From assembly GCA_963849325.1 (NCBI GenBank), contig CAWKHF010000004.1, forward strand, positions 1 to 64,000: a stretch of 64,000 nt of DNA, written 5' to 3'. This document shows, one piece after another, positions 49,660 through 61,319 of this stretch (positions within the stretch are counted from its first letter, which is position 1; every line of letters starts with the position of its first letter). Under the pieces are notes generated by a model that saw only the letters and a list, made by a program, of their open reading frames with translations, ran no database searches and was not told the origin of the DNA. A program made the translations under genes and the position numbers. This DNA comes from an uncultured Planctomycetota bacterium (lineage in GTDB: Bacteria > Planctomycetota > Planctomycetia > Gemmatales > Gemmataceae).

Positions 49660-51123
49660 ATGTGCGGACGCCTCAACCGCCGGACGTTCCTCGCCGATGT
49701 CGGCCTGGGCTTCACCGGGCTGGCGATGGGCGCGATGCTGCACCGCGACGGCAGCGCTCGCGCGGACGCCCGCGCCACCGGACAGCCGCCCGACGGCCGA
49801 CCCCACCTGTCGCCACGAGCGAAGAATATCATCTGGATCTTTCTATCTGGCGGGGTCAGTCACCTGGAGAGTTTCGATCCCAAGCCCGCCCTCACCAAGT
49901 ACGCCGGCAAGACCTTCGCCGCCACCCCTTATCCCGATCCGCTCCAGTCGCCGTTGTTTCACGAGCGTTCGCGCGCCGTCGTTGGCGGCGAACGGCCCTA
50001 TCCCAAAATCTTTCCGCTCCAGGTCGGCTTCCGGAAGCACGGCCGGGTCGGTGTGGAGGTCTCCGACTGGTGGCCGCATCTGGCCAGCTGTGTCGATGAC
50101 ATCGCCTTCGTCCGCTCGATGTACACCACCGACAACGATCATGCCGCTGAGTTCCAGATGCACCACGGCCGGCACGCCCTCGACGAGAAGCAACCCGTAC
50201 TCGGCTCTTGGGTGCATTACGGCCTGGGCACCCTCAACGAAAACCTGCCGCAGTTTGTCTTTCTCGGACAATACAAGGACGCGCGCGTCAAGCAGGACTT
50301 CGCCCCGGACTACCTGGGACCGCGTCACGCCGGGGTTGAGCTATCGCTCGATCCGAGCAATCCCCTCCCGTTCGCCGCACGCGGCAAGGGCGTTCTGGCC
50401 CAGGAGCAGCAGGAACAGTTCGCCTTTGTCAACGAGTTGAACAGCCTGGCCGCCGCGGAACATCCCGAGGACGAGCAACTGCGGGCGCGCATCAAGTCGT
50501 ATGAGCTGGCCTTCCGTATGCAGAAGGCGGTGCCCGAGGTGCTGGACCTGAACCGCGAAACCAGCGCCACGCAGCGCCTGTACGGCATCGACAATCCGAC
50601 CACGGCCATCTACGGTCGGCGACTGCTGGCGGCTCGCCGCCTGGCCGAACGCGGCGTCCGCTTCATCCTGGTCTACCTGAGCGATTACGGTGAGTGGGAC
50701 TCGCACCTCGACCTGCGGAACCTGCACGCACGCTCCTGCGGCCGGGTCGATAAGCCGCTGGCAGGGCTTCTGAAGGATCTCAAACGAACCGGGCTGGATA
50801 GGGAGACGTTGGTCGTTTGCTGTAGCGAGTTCGGCCGAACGCCCGGCCTGGAGGTGCGCGATACGTACAAGATGCCGACGGGCCGCGACCATCATCCGCA
50901 CGGCTTCACCGTCTGGTTCGCCGGCGCGGGCATCCAGCGCGGCGTCGTTCACGGCGCGACCGACGAGTTGGGTTTCCATGCGATCGAGCATCCGCACTAC
51001 GTCACCGATATTCATGCCACCGTGCTGAACCGTCTCGGACTCGATCCGCGCCGGCTGGACGTTCCGGGCCGCAAGCGCCTGGACATCGACCACGGGTCGC
51101 CCATCCAGGAGATTCTGAGCTAG
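49660..51123 (+). CDS. DUF1501 domain protein (Tat-exported)
   Basis: NRRTFL, GGVSHLESFDPKP, SYELAFRMQ, ARRLAERGVRF, SEFGRTP, GRDHHP. Confidence 0.92.
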   Translation: MCGRLNRRTFLADVGLGFTGLAMGAMLHRDGSARADARATGQPPDGRPHLSPRAKNIIWIFLSGGVSHLESFDPKPALTKYAGKTFAATPYPDPLQSPLFHERSRAVVGGERPYPKIFPLQVGFRKHGRVGVEVSDWWPHLASCVDDIAFVRSMYTTDNDHAAEFQMHHGRHALDEKQPVLGSWVHYGLGTLNENLPQFVFLGQYKDARVKQDFAPDYLGPRHAGVELSLDPSNPLPFAARGKGVLAQEQQEQFAFVNELNSLAAAEHPEDEQLRARIKSYELAFRMQKAVPEVLDLNRETSATQRLYGIDNPTTAIYGRRLLAARRLAERGVRFILVYLSDYGEWDSHLDLRNLHARSCGRVDKPLAGLLKDLKRTGLDRETLVVCCSEFGRTPGLEVRDTYKMPTGRDHHPHGFTVWFAGAGIQRGVVHGATDELGFHAIEHPHYVTDIHATVLNRLGLDPRRLDVPGRKRLDIDHGSPIQEILS

Positions 51124-51164
51124 TGGGGGCGGGGCATGGGCGGCGAGCACAATCGAGCGAACTG

Positions 51165-54100
51165 ATGAAGTCTTTTACTCCCTTTTTTGTGGCTTTTTTG
51201 ATTGGCATGTCCCTCGTCGTTCTGGCGGCGCCATCCGCCCAGCCCCAAGGATACGGCCCGGAAATGGCCGCGGAGAAGATGTGGGCGGCCGACGGCTTCG
51301 CGGTCAAACTCGTCGCCGCCGAGCCGTTGGTGCGCCAGCCGGTAGCCATAGACTTCGACGAACGTGGCCGCCTCTGGGTCATCCAATACCTGCAATACCC
51401 CAACCCCGCTGGCCTGAAGCGCGTCCAGGTGGACCGCTACTCGCGCACCGTCTACGACCGCGTGCCCGAGCCGCCGCCGAAGGGACCGAAGGGGGCCGAC
51501 CGCATCACCATCCTCGAAGGGCCCGACCCGACCGGACGCTACCGCAAAAGCAAGGACTTTCTCTCCGATTTGAACCTCGCCAGCGGCATGGCCTTCGGTC
51601 ACGGCGGTGTGTTCGTGTTGCAGGCGCCTACTTGCTCTTCTACCCCGACCGCAACCGCGACGATGTGCCCGACGGCGACCCCGACGTGCTGCTCAAGGGG
51701 TTCGGCATGGAGGACGCCCACTCCGTCGCCAACTCGCTGACGTGGGGACCGGACGGCTGGCTTTACGGCTGCCAGGGCAGCACGGTAACAGCTCACATTG
51801 ACGGCATCGAGTTCCAGCAAGGCGTATGGCGCTATCATCCCCTCACGCGCCGCTTCGAGCTGTTCTGCGAGGGCGGCGGCAATTCGTGGGGTCTGGATTT
51901 TGACCGCCACGGCAACCTGCTCTACAGCACTAACCTCGGCGGCTTCACCATGCTGCATGGCGTGCAGGGCGGCTACTACTGGAAGTCATTCGGCAAGCAC
52001 GGGGCGCTGCACAACCCCTTCGCGTTCGGCTACATCGACCACGTCCCCCACCGCCATTTCAAGGGCGGCCACGTCACCGTGGGCGGCCTCGTCTACCAGG
52101 GCGATTCCTGGCCCGCACGCTTTCGCGGCAAGTACGTCGCCGCGGACTTGCTCGGCCACGGCGTCTACTGGCACGATCTGACTCCGGACGGCTCCTCGTT
52201 CCGCTCGGCCCATGGCGGCGAATTGCTGCGGGCCAACGACAGCTGGTTCGCCCCTACGGACGTAGCCCTTGGGCCGGACGGCAGCCTCTACGTCGCCGAC
52301 TGGTTCGACAAGCGCACCGCCCACCCCGACCCCGACGCCGACTGGGACCGCAGCAACGGCCGAGTCTACAAGATCGAGGCGAAGGGAACGAAACCCACGA
52401 CGCCGTTCGACCTGACGAAGCTGTCCAGTGACAAGTTGGTGTCACTCCTCGCGCACCGCAACGACTGGTTCCGCCGCAAGGCCAGGCAAGTCCTCGCCGA
52501 TCGCCGCGACCCGGAGGTCGTGTTCCCTCTCCGCACCCTGATAGCGGAGGCGAAGGATGAGGACTTGCAGCTGCAAGCTCTGTGGGCCCTGTACGTCAGC
52601 GGCGGGTTCACCCATGCCTTCGCCGAGAAGCTGCTCGGCCACCAAAACGCGGCCATCCGCCGCTGGACGGTGCGCTTGCTCGGCGACGAATGCAAGGTGA
52701 CGCCGGTTCTGGCGAAGCGGCTGGCCGAGTTGGCGGCTGCGGAGCCAGACGTCGTGGTGCGCAGCCAACTCGCCTGCACCGCCCGGCGTCTGCCGGCGAA
52801 GGACGGTCTGCCGATTGTGCGGCGCATCCTGGAAAGGAACCTCGACGGTCATGACCCGCACCTGCCGCTGCTACTGTGGTGGGCCATCGAAGCGCACGCC
52901 CTGGATGCGAGAGATCAGGTGCTGGAGTTGTTCGCCACCGCCGAGGCGTGGAAGGCGCCTTTCGTGCGCGACGCGATCCTCGAACGACTGACGCACCGCT
53001 ACGCCGCGGAGGGTGGCGAAGCCGGGTATACAGCCTGCGCTCGGCTGCTGGTCTCCGCGCCGAAGGCTGATCGCGGCCGGGTGCTGGCGTCGCTCGATCA
53101 AGGCTTGCGGGACTGCCCGGCGAGCGGCGCCAAGCTGCCACCGGTGCTGGCGGAACAGCTCGACGCCCTGTGGAGGGACGACACGATCGACGTGACGTTG
53201 ATTCGACTTTCCGCCCGCCTGGGACGACAAGCGGCCCACGATCGCGCCGTCGCGCTGGCCACCGACCCGAAGGCTCCGGACCCAACGCGCGTGGCGATGG
53301 TGCAAGCGCTCGCCGAGGTCGGCAGGCCGAATTGCGTCGCGCCGCTCCTGGAACTTCTCGGAGGGAGCGAGCCGGAAAGGTTGCAAATCGCCGTCCTTGA
53401 CGCCCTTCAGCGCTTCGAGTTGGGGCCAATCGCCGCCGCGCTGTTGCGGCACTACCCGAAGATGTCCTCCCGGCTGCGCCGCGCACGACGGAGATCCTGT
53501 TAAGCCGCAAGGCGTGGGCGAAGGCGTTTCTCCAGGAGATCGATGCCGGGCGCTTCGCCACCAAGGACGTGACGACCGAACAGTTGCGCGTCGTCGCCCT
53601 GCACAAGGATCGGTCGCTGGATGATCTCGTCCGCAAGCACTGGGGCAACGTCCGGCCGGGGACACCGGGCGAGAAGCTCGCCGAGGTGCGCCGGCTCCAT
53701 AACGATCTGCGCGCGGCGCCGGCAGTGCGACCACCGGCCGCGCGTTGTTTGGCCAACACTGCGCCATTTGTCACAAACTGTTCGGCGAGGGCGAGGCGGT
53801 CGGCCCCGATCTGACGCACGCCAACCGCAAAGACCGCGATTATCTGCTCGTCAGCATCGTCGATCCCAGCGCCGTCATCCGCAAGGAGTACCTCGCCTAC
53901 AACGTGCAGACGACCGACGGCCGCACCCTCAGCGGTCTCCTCGCGGAACAGACGCCGAACGCCGTCACGCTGCTCGACGGCAAGAATCAGCGCACGAAGA
54001 TCGCCCGCGACCAGATCGAGTCGATACGGGAGTCGCCGGTTTCGCTGATGCCGGAGGACCTCCTCAAGAAGTTGAAGCCGCAGGAATTGCGTGACCTGTT

Positions 54101-54166
54101 CAGCTACCTGCAAAGTGACAACCCGCCCATTACCCCGAAAGGATCGCCCGCCGGAGGAACCACCCG
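51165..54166 (+). CDS. PVC-type heme-binding CxxCH protein (dehydrogenase-like propeller + HEAT repeats + cytochrome c); frameshifts ~51625, ~53480, ~53720; end approximate
   Basis: AAEPLVRQPVAIDFDERGRLWV, NSLTWGPDGWLYG, GPDGSLYVADW, HCAICH..VGPDLT..SIVDPS..SLMPEDL. Confidence 0.82.
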
Positions 54167-55222
54167 ATGCACGTCCGCTTGGCCCTTGCGTTGTCCATCG
54201 TCGCCGCGCTGGCCGGTGTCGCATCCGCCCAGGAAAACCGCACGTACGCGAACCGCCTCCGTCCCATCAAGAATCCAAAGCCGCTGCTCGCCGACCACCC
54301 CGACTTCGTCGCGCCAATCGAGGAAGTGGCGCGCTTCGAGGCGCCGCTGCTCGTGGACGACAAGGACGCCAACCTGCACGTCCGCGCCTGGCGCTTCTCG
54401 TACAACGCCCGCGGGATCATCGAAATGCCGAACCGTCTGCGGGCAGCGGAGACGGCGGTCATCGTGGTCCATCCGTGGGGCATCGACGACGGCCAGGGGT
54501 GGAAGACGCCCGAGCCGGCCGGCGTCTGCGACTTCTGCACGCCAGCCAAGAACCACCTCGCGGCGCGGCACACGCGCGGGGTCATCAATCCCTTCTTGAA
54601 ATCGCTGCGCGGCAAAGTCGCGTTCGTGATGTACAGCCTCATCGGCCCGGCCGACCCCATCCGCAAGAAGATGTACCGCACTTTCGATTCCAGGCCGACC
54701 GAGACCGAGCGCAAGCAAGCCGCGAAGGATCTGACGGCGAAACTCGCCAGCCTCTCCTACCAGGGTGAGGCGCTCCCGGCGAAGCTGACGCTGTCCACGG
54801 ATCAACCGGTGAGAGACTACTTCCGCCAGTTCCCCGGGCTCGATGCCGGGCCGCGCTACAACGGCCCTGACTTCTGGAACATGCCGGTGCCGGTCACGAA
54901 GGACATTGAGGTGGACGCCGAGGATGTGCTCGTCTTTGACGTGGAGGGCTACGCCCGCCTGCGCGATTTTCTCAAGAGAAACAGGGTCCGCCACGTCCTC
55001 CTTGCCGGCTACGCGACGGATATGTGTTACTGCCGGACGACGGCGGGGTATGAGAACCTCTCGAAAGACTTCAACGTGTTCCTGGTCGGCGACGCCACGC
55101 TGGCGACGTTCCCAGCCAACGTCAGTCCCCGCTGCGCCACGACGGCGGCCGTCTCCTTCGCGGCCCTGAACCAGCTCGTGACGCAGGTATCGTGGGTCCG
55201 CTACGAAGCGGCGAAGAAATGA
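54167..55222 (+). CDS. Secreted isochorismatase-like cysteine hydrolase
   Basis: Signal peptide; ETAVIVVHPW; VLLAGYATDMC; VFLVGDAT. Confidence 0.65.
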   Translation: MHVRLALALSIVAALAGVASAQENRTYANRLRPIKNPKPLLADHPDFVAPIEEVARFEAPLLVDDKDANLHVRAWRFSYNARGIIEMPNRLRAAETAVIVVHPWGIDDGQGWKTPEPAGVCDFCTPAKNHLAARHTRGVINPFLKSLRGKVAFVMYSLIGPADPIRKKMYRTFDSRPTETERKQAAKDLTAKLASLSYQGEALPAKLTLSTDQPVRDYFRQFPGLDAGPRYNGPDFWNMPVPVTKDIEVDAEDVLVFDVEGYARLRDFLKRNRVRHVLLAGYATDMCYCRTTAGYENLSKDFNVFLVGDATLATFPANVSPRCATTAAVSFAALNQLVTQVSWVRYEAAKK

Positions 55223-55253
55223 TCTCTCGTTTAACCAACACGGAAGGCTCGCC

Positions 55254-56253
55254 ATGAATCCCCTTCTTACCCGCCGCGGCTTCCTCGCCGGCTCCGTGGT
55301 CGCCGGCATGGGCTGCCTTACGCCGGCAGCGCGGAAGAACGCCGAGTCCGACAAGGCCCTCATCGCCATCACGCTCGACCTGGAGATGAGCCGCAATTTC
55401 CCGACCTGGGAAACCACGCACTGGGACTACGAGAAGGGCAACCTCAACGACGAGACCAAGAAGTACACCGTCGAGGCGTGCCGGCGCGTCAAGGCGGCGT
55501 GCGGCGTGCTGCACTGCTTCGCCGTCGGCCGCGTCTTCGAGCAGGAGAGCGTCGCCTGGCTCAAGGACATCGCCCAAGCCGGTCATCCGATCGGCAATCA
55601 CACCTACGATCACGTCTACGTCAAGGCCGTCAAACCGCAAGACATTCAATTTCGCTTCCGGCGCGCGCCGTGGCTGATCGACGGCAAAGAGCCGAAGGAC
55701 GTGATCCGCGAGAACATCCGGCTGTGCAGTGCCGCCCTCAAGGCGCGCGTCGGCGTCGATGCGGCGGGCTTCCGCACGCCGGGCGGCTTCGCCAACGGCC
55801 TCGCCGACCGGCCCGACCTACAGCAGATGCTCGCGGACCTCGACTTCACCTGGGTGAGCAGCAAATACCCGGCGCATCCGATGAACGAAGTTGGCAAGGA
55901 GCCGTCGCCAGCGGTCTTCGACGGCATCGTCAAGGCGCAGTCCGAGGCGCAGCCGTTCGTCTACCCGAAGGGACTGATCGAGGTGCCGATGAGTCCGATC
56001 AGCGACATCGGGGCGTTCCGCAGCGGCCACTGGAAACTGGAGTGGTTCCTGAAGGCCGTTCGCCTCGGCGTGGAGTGGGCCATCGACAATAAGGGCGGCC
56101 TTCGACTTCCTCGGGCACCCGTCGTGTCTGTATGTGACCGACCCGGAGTTCAAGACCATCGACCTGATCCGCGACCTGGTGAAGAAAGCGGGGGACAAGG
56201 CGGCACTCGTCGATCTGGGCACGATCGCGCGGCGGGCGAAGCCACGGAAGTAG
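55254..56253 (+). CDS. Tat-exported polysaccharide deacetylase (NodB/CE4-like); frameshift ~56097
   Basis: TRRGFL; AITLDLE; GHPIGNHTYDH; GFRTPGG; alternative-frame tail FDFLGHPS. Confidence 0.8.
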
Positions 56254-56316
56254 GTCGCGCGGCGGGGACCGCGAACCACGACGCCGCGAGGCAGAGAAGA
56301 ATGCGTTCCATCCCGT

Positions 56317-57687
56317 TCACTCCTTGCCTTTCCGGCGGGGCAACTCGGCCTTGTTCATGGTCGGCAGCCACTCAAGCAGGCGCTTCTTCGTGTCGGCGAA
56401 CTGGGGATCGCCGGCGACGTTCTTCCACTCGTACGGATCGGCGTCGTGGTCGTAGAGTTCCTCCCCGCCGTCGGCGTAGCGGATGTAGCGCCACCGCTCC
56501 GTCCGTACCGTGTGGTTGTCCTTGTGGAACGTGGTAAGAGCGGGCCGGTCCCACGCGGCCTTCGGGTCGCGGAGGAGAGGCGCGATCGTCACCCCCTCGA
56601 CGTGTCCGGGTGTGGCGAGGCCGCAGATGTCGCACAGCGTCGGGTAGACGCTCATCAGGTCCACGGTTCGATCGCACACCCCGCCCGGCCTGGTGACTCC
56701 CGGGACGACCCAGATATAGGGCATCCGCGTGGCCTCCTCCCACAATGCGAACTTGCGCCAGTGCTCCTTCTCGCCGAGGTGCCAGCCGTGGTCGCCCCAG
56801 AAGACGATGACCGTGTTCTCCTTGTGCGGGGATTTGTCGTAGGCGTCGAGGAGGCGTCCGATCTGGGCGTCGCAGTAGGCGATGGTCGCGAGGTACGCCT
56901 GCACCGCCTCTTTCCACCGGCCAGACCTCCGCATGGCGGCGTGGTCTCCATCCGGCCGGGCCATGCGAACGCCGGCCGGCGGAACGTCCTTCAGGTCGTC
57001 CTTCGTCGTCGGGGGCAATTCGATGCTCTCCAGCGGGAACAGGTCGTAGTACTTCTTCGGCACATTCCAGGGCATGTGCGGCTTGTGAAGCCCCACGGCC
57101 AGGAAGAACGGCTTGTCATGCGTCGTCGTCAGATGCTGGATCCCGTAATCGACGATCGACTCGTCGGGCAATGTCGAGTCGTCGGTGAGCGGCTGGAACT
57201 TGATGCCACCGACGCCGTCGTTTTTCGCCGTCGGGTGCGGCGTCGCCTTCCCTCTCCCGCCGACGAAGTAGTCGGTCCACTCGCCGGGCCGGTGGGCGTT
57301 GGCGTGGTAGATCTTCCCGGCCCCGTACACCTTGTAACCGGCGCTGAGGAACTGCGTGGTCAGGGTCTGCTCGCGGGGGATGACCGGCTTCCAGTCCTGG
57401 CCATTATCGTAGACGCCGGTGCTGCTCGGCCGCAGGCCGGACAGGAGCGCGGCGCGGGACGGGTTGCATACCGGAGCGGCGCAGTACGCCCGCGTGAACG
57501 TGACACCTCGGTTCGCCAGCCGGTCGATGTTCGGCGTCTTCGTCTGCTTGTTCCGGCCCAGGTGGCCGACCCAGTGATTCAGGTCGTCCACCGCGATGAA
57601 CAGGACGTTCGGCCTCTTCGGCGGCTCGGCGGCTCCCGCCGCATACACCACGGCCGCGGCGGCCAGGATGGAGAGGAACCAGCGCAT
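56317..57687 (-). CDS. Sulfatase (iduronate/choline sulfatase-like)
   Basis: PNVLFIAVDDL, VCNPSRAALLSG, GKIYH, KPHMPW, WGDHGWHLGEK. Confidence 0.93.
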   Translation of the reverse strand: MRWFLSILAAAAVVYAAGAAEPPKRPNVLFIAVDDLNHWVGHLGRNKQTKTPNIDRLANRGVTFTRAYCAAPVCNPSRAALLSGLRPSSTGVYDNGQDWKPVIPREQTLTTQFLSAGYKVYGAGKIYHANAHRPGEWTDYFVGGRGKATPHPTAKNDGVGGIKFQPLTDDSTLPDESIVDYGIQHLTTTHDKPFFLAVGLHKPHMPWNVPKKYYDLFPLESIELPPTTKDDLKDVPPAGVRMARPDGDHAAMRRSGRWKEAVQAYLATIAYCDAQIGRLLDAYDKSPHKENTVIVFWGDHGWHLGEKEHWRKFALWEEATRMPYIWVVPGVTRPGGVCDRTVDLMSVYPTLCDICGLATPGHVEGVTIAPLLRDPKAAWDRPALTTFHKDNHTVRTERWRYIRYADGGEELYDHDADPYEWKNVAGDPQFADTKKRLLEWLPTMNKAELPRRKGKE

Positions 57688-57711
57688 GGGAATCTCCTGG
57701 TTGTGAACGGG

Positions 57712-59091
57712 TCAGTCCTTCTCACCCCAGACCTTCGGGGTCACGAAACCCTTGGGCCGGGGCCTCGTCTTGGGGGGCACCGCCTCCCGGGCGAACGCGG
57801 CGAGCCGTCCGCGCAGGTCCTTGACGCGGTCGGGTTCCTTGTCGGCGAGGTTGGTCTTCTCGTACGGATCGTCCTTCAGGTTGAACAGTTCGACGCCGCG
57901 CTTGCCGGGGTTCTTCGCCGGGCCGCCGTCGGGGTCGTCGGCGCCATTGCGGACCACAAGCTTCCAGTCGCCCCCACGGATCGCACCGCCGGTCGGGGTA
58001 GTGTTCAGCAGAATCGCATCGTGCGGCGAGGGCTTGCCCTGCGTCAGCGTCGGCCAGAGGTCGCGCCCGTCGAGGGGCAGCTTCTGCTCCGCCTTCGCGC
58101 CGCACAACTTCAGCAGGGTCGGATACCAGTCCACGATGTGCAGCGGTTCGGCGATCGTGGAACCCCGCTGGATGTGGCCCTCCCAGGCGGCGAAGGCGGC
58201 GACGCGGACGCCGCCCTCGTAAAGAGTCGCCTTGCCGGCCCGGTACTTGCCGTTGTCGGTGACGACGCCCGGCCGCGGTCCGCCGTTGTCGCTGCTGAAA
58301 ACGAACAGGGTGTTCTTGCGCACCCCCGCCTTCTCCACGGCGCCCACGATCTGGCCGACGGCCTCGTCCATCGCCGCGAGCATCCCGGCGTACTTGCGCC
58401 GCTCGCCCTTGAGGCTGGGATAAGACTTCGTGTACTCCTCGGGCGCCTGGTGGGGCGCGTGGACGGCGTTGAAGGGCACGTACAGGAAGAACGGCTTCTT
58501 CGCGGCGTTTTCGGCGATGAAGCGAACGGCGTCTTTAGCGATGAGATGAGTGCTGTAACCCTCATCGTGGCAGGCCCGGTCGTCCCTGTGCCAGTCGAAG
58601 CCGCCGTCGCGGACGTGCGTGAAGTAGTCGATCGCTCCGTTGTAGTGGCCGTACTGGTGGTCGAAGCCGCGATGCGTTGGCAGATAGTCCGGAGTGAAGT
58701 GGCCCAGGTGCCATTTGCCGACGAGGGCGGTGGCGTATCCGGCGTCCTGGAGTGCCTGGGCCAGGGTGCGCTCCTCCAGCGGCAGCCCGTACCGCGCCCA
58801 GGGGCGGACCACGCCGACCTGCAGGCCGTGGCGCATCGGGTAGCGGCCGGTCATCAGGGCGGCGCGGGTCGGGCTGCACACCGGCTGGACGTAGAAGGCA
58901 TCGAGGATCGCGCCGGCGGCGGCCAGCTTGTCGATGTGCGGCGTGCGGATTTGCGTGCCGCCCATGAACCCGCAGTCGGCCCGGCCGAGATCGTCGGCGA
59001 GGAGGAAGACCACATTAGGCCGGACCTCCTCGGCCCGAGAGATCGGCCTCAGCCCAAGCAGAATGGCACAAGCGATCGTGAAGTATCTCAT
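57712..59091 (-). CDS. Arylsulfatase (ARSB-like)
   Basis: PNVVFLLADDLG, VCSPTRAALMTGRY, GKWHLG, SSDNGG, LYEGGVR. Confidence 0.93.
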   Translation of the reverse strand: MRYFTIACAILLGLRPISRAEEVRPNVVFLLADDLGRADCGFMGGTQIRTPHIDKLAAAGAILDAFYVQPVCSPTRAALMTGRYPMRHGLQVGVVRPWARYGLPLEERTLAQALQDAGYATALVGKWHLGHFTPDYLPTHRGFDHQYGHYNGAIDYFTHVRDGGFDWHRDDRACHDEGYSTHLIAKDAVRFIAENAAKKPFFLYVPFNAVHAPHQAPEEYTKSYPSLKGERRKYAGMLAAMDEAVGQIVGAVEKAGVRKNTLFVFSSDNGGPRPGVVTDNGKYRAGKATLYEGGVRVAAFAAWEGHIQRGSTIAEPLHIVDWYPTLLKLCGAKAEQKLPLDGRDLWPTLTQGKPSPHDAILLNTTPTGGAIRGGDWKLVVRNGADDPDGGPAKNPGKRGVELFNLKDDPYEKTNLADKEPDRVKDLRGRLAAFAREAVPPKTRPRPKGFVTPKVWGEKD

Positions 59092-59144
59092 CTCTCATCC
59101 CCTCTGGGTGCGGCGACTCCGCGAGCCAATCAACCCCCGCCGAG

Positions 59145-60954
59145 CTACTTCACCCGGACGAGTTCGACCGCGCGCACGTCGGCGACCTGGCTGCCTGATA
59201 CCTTGGTCGCTCGGAGCATCAGGGTGGCCCTGCCCGCGCGAAGCTCCACCACCCCGAGCGACAGGGGCCGGAAGTCCTTGACGTAGGACTCTCCGCGGCG
59301 CGGGACACGGTCGTGTTCCTTGCCGCGAAGCGGCGGGTCGTGGCCCTCCGCGATAGTGCCGGTCCATTTCCCCTTGCCGAGGGCCAGTTCCAGAGTCGAA
59401 CCAACGTCCGCCTTCGGGCAGGTGTAATGGACGATCGCCTCGTACCGGCCCGCGGAGTGGACCTCGACCTCCCACGTCATGCGGTCGCCCGGCTTCGTCC
59501 AGCCGGTGAAGAACGAGCAGTTCGGCGCAGGCGCGCTCCGCCGCATCCCACCATGCGGCACCCCGTCGCGGGCAGGCAGCACGGCGCGCGGAAACTCGGC
59601 ATATCCGACCGAGAACGGCCGGTCGTCGGGTTTCGGTAGCTCGCTCAGCACCTCGCGCTTCCAGCGGATCACCGCGTCGGCGAGCCGCTTCGTGACTTCC
59701 GGGTGCTCGGCCGCGACGTTCCTTTGCTGGCCGGGGTCGCTCGTCAGATCGAAGAGTTGCCCGGCTGCATCGAGGCGGAAACGCTGATCGCGGGCACTCA
59801 CCTTCCCCGCCCAGTGCTGGAAGAGGATGCGGTCCGGCGTCGGGGCGTCTTTGCCGAGGAGCCACGGAGCGAGGCTGATGCCGTCCAGCGGCTTGTCGCC
59901 CACGCGGTTGATGCCGGCCAGGTCGAGGAGCGTCGGATACAGATCGACGGCCGCGGCGACGGGCGTGACGACGGTGCCGGACTTCACCTTGCCCGCCCAG
60001 CGGACGAGCAGGGGCGAGCGCACGCCGCCCTCGTCGGTGCTGCCCTTGATCCCCTTCATGCCGCCGTTCCAGCGCCGGCCGTTCGGGCCGTTGTCGCTGA
60101 AATAGACGACGATGGTGCTCCGATCGAGCTTCTGGCCCTCGAGCGCGGCGAGGAGGCGGCCGACGTTCTCGTCGATGTTCTCGCACATGGCGAGCGCGGC
60201 CCGCGTGTGATCGAGATCCTCCTTCTTGTCGCCGGTGAGTTGGAGCTTTACCTTGTCGAACCGCCGCCAGTACTTGTCGGGCACCTGCATCGGCGAGTGC
60301 GGCGTGTTGTACGCGAGGTAACAGAAGGACGGCTTGCCCGCGGCCACGTTCTTCTTCAGGAAGGCAATCGCTCGGTCGGTCAGGTCGTCGGTGATGTAGC
60401 CGTGGCCGCGGACGGGGCGGCCATTGTGGTCGAGCGGCGGATCGAAGTACTCGCCCCAGTGGCCGGAGGTGAACCCGTAGTATTCCGCGAACCCCCGGCC
60501 CTTGGGGTGGTACGGATACTGCGAGCCGTTGTGCCACTTGCCGAAGCAGCCCGTGACGTAGCCCGCCGCCTGGAACGCTTCCGCGATCGTCCGCTCGTCG
60601 AGATCGAGGCGCTCGGCCCCGGTGGAAACGCCGCTCACCCCGCAACGCGGATGCCATCGTCCGGTCAGGAACTCGGCCCGCGTCGGCGAACACACCGGCT
60701 GCACGAAGAACCGCTCGCAGCGCGCCGTCCCTGGCCAGCGCGTCGATGTGCGGCGTCCGCAGGTTCGAGTTGCCATGGAGGCTCAGGTCGCCCCAGCCCT
60801 GATCGTCGGCGAGGATGACGACGACGCTGGGCCGCTCCGCCGCGACAAGGGAGCCTGAGGCGATCAGCCCCGAGAACACGAGGGCGGCGAGGAGAACGCC
60901 CCTGCGGCGCAGGGTGGGCACTGCAAACAACCAGCGCACCGAGAAAGTCCCCAT
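59145..60954 (-). CDS. Arylsulfatase with C-terminal beta-sandwich; frameshift ~60720
   Basis: [13 protein letters not shown] / [33 protein letters not shown]. Confidence 0.88.
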
Positions 60955-61054
60955 TTGATCCCTTGTGGAGGAATGGTCCCTGGGAGCCTGGATTCGATTT
61001 CAGCAACCAGGTTTAACCCCTGCGCGGAGCATTTGCAATCGTTTTCCCAGAATG

Positions 61055-61095
61055 TGTCAGGCAACAATAGAAATGTCCGCATTTCGGCGACATTT
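61055..61095. mobile_element. Possible IS end remnant (TGT...AGAAATGTC, ISNCY/IS1202-like) at the hoxH breakpoint
   Basis: tgtcaggcaacaatagaaatgtcc, then inverted gacattt; hoxH similarity stops here. Confidence 0.35.
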
Positions 61096-61304
61096 AGGTG
61101 GCTGACCGGGCAGATACCGCAGACGCGCGCGGTGATGCTTGGCATCTCCCACAGCGGCCGGCCTTCGTACATGCGCTCGAAACCGCGAAACTCGGTGACG
61201 TGAAAATGGGCGTCGCTCACTTGGCCGGCGTCGTCGAGTTGTACCGTGATCTTGGCGTGGCCCTCGATGCGCGTCACCGGGTCGATAAGGATGCGTTGAG
61301 GCAT
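61096..61304 (-). pseudogene. hoxH: Group 3 [NiFe]-hydrogenase large subunit, N-terminal 70 codons only
   Basis: [31 protein letters not shown] (L1 motif), then truncated. Confidence 0.88.
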
Positions 61305-61319
61305 GGATGACTCTCCCCC

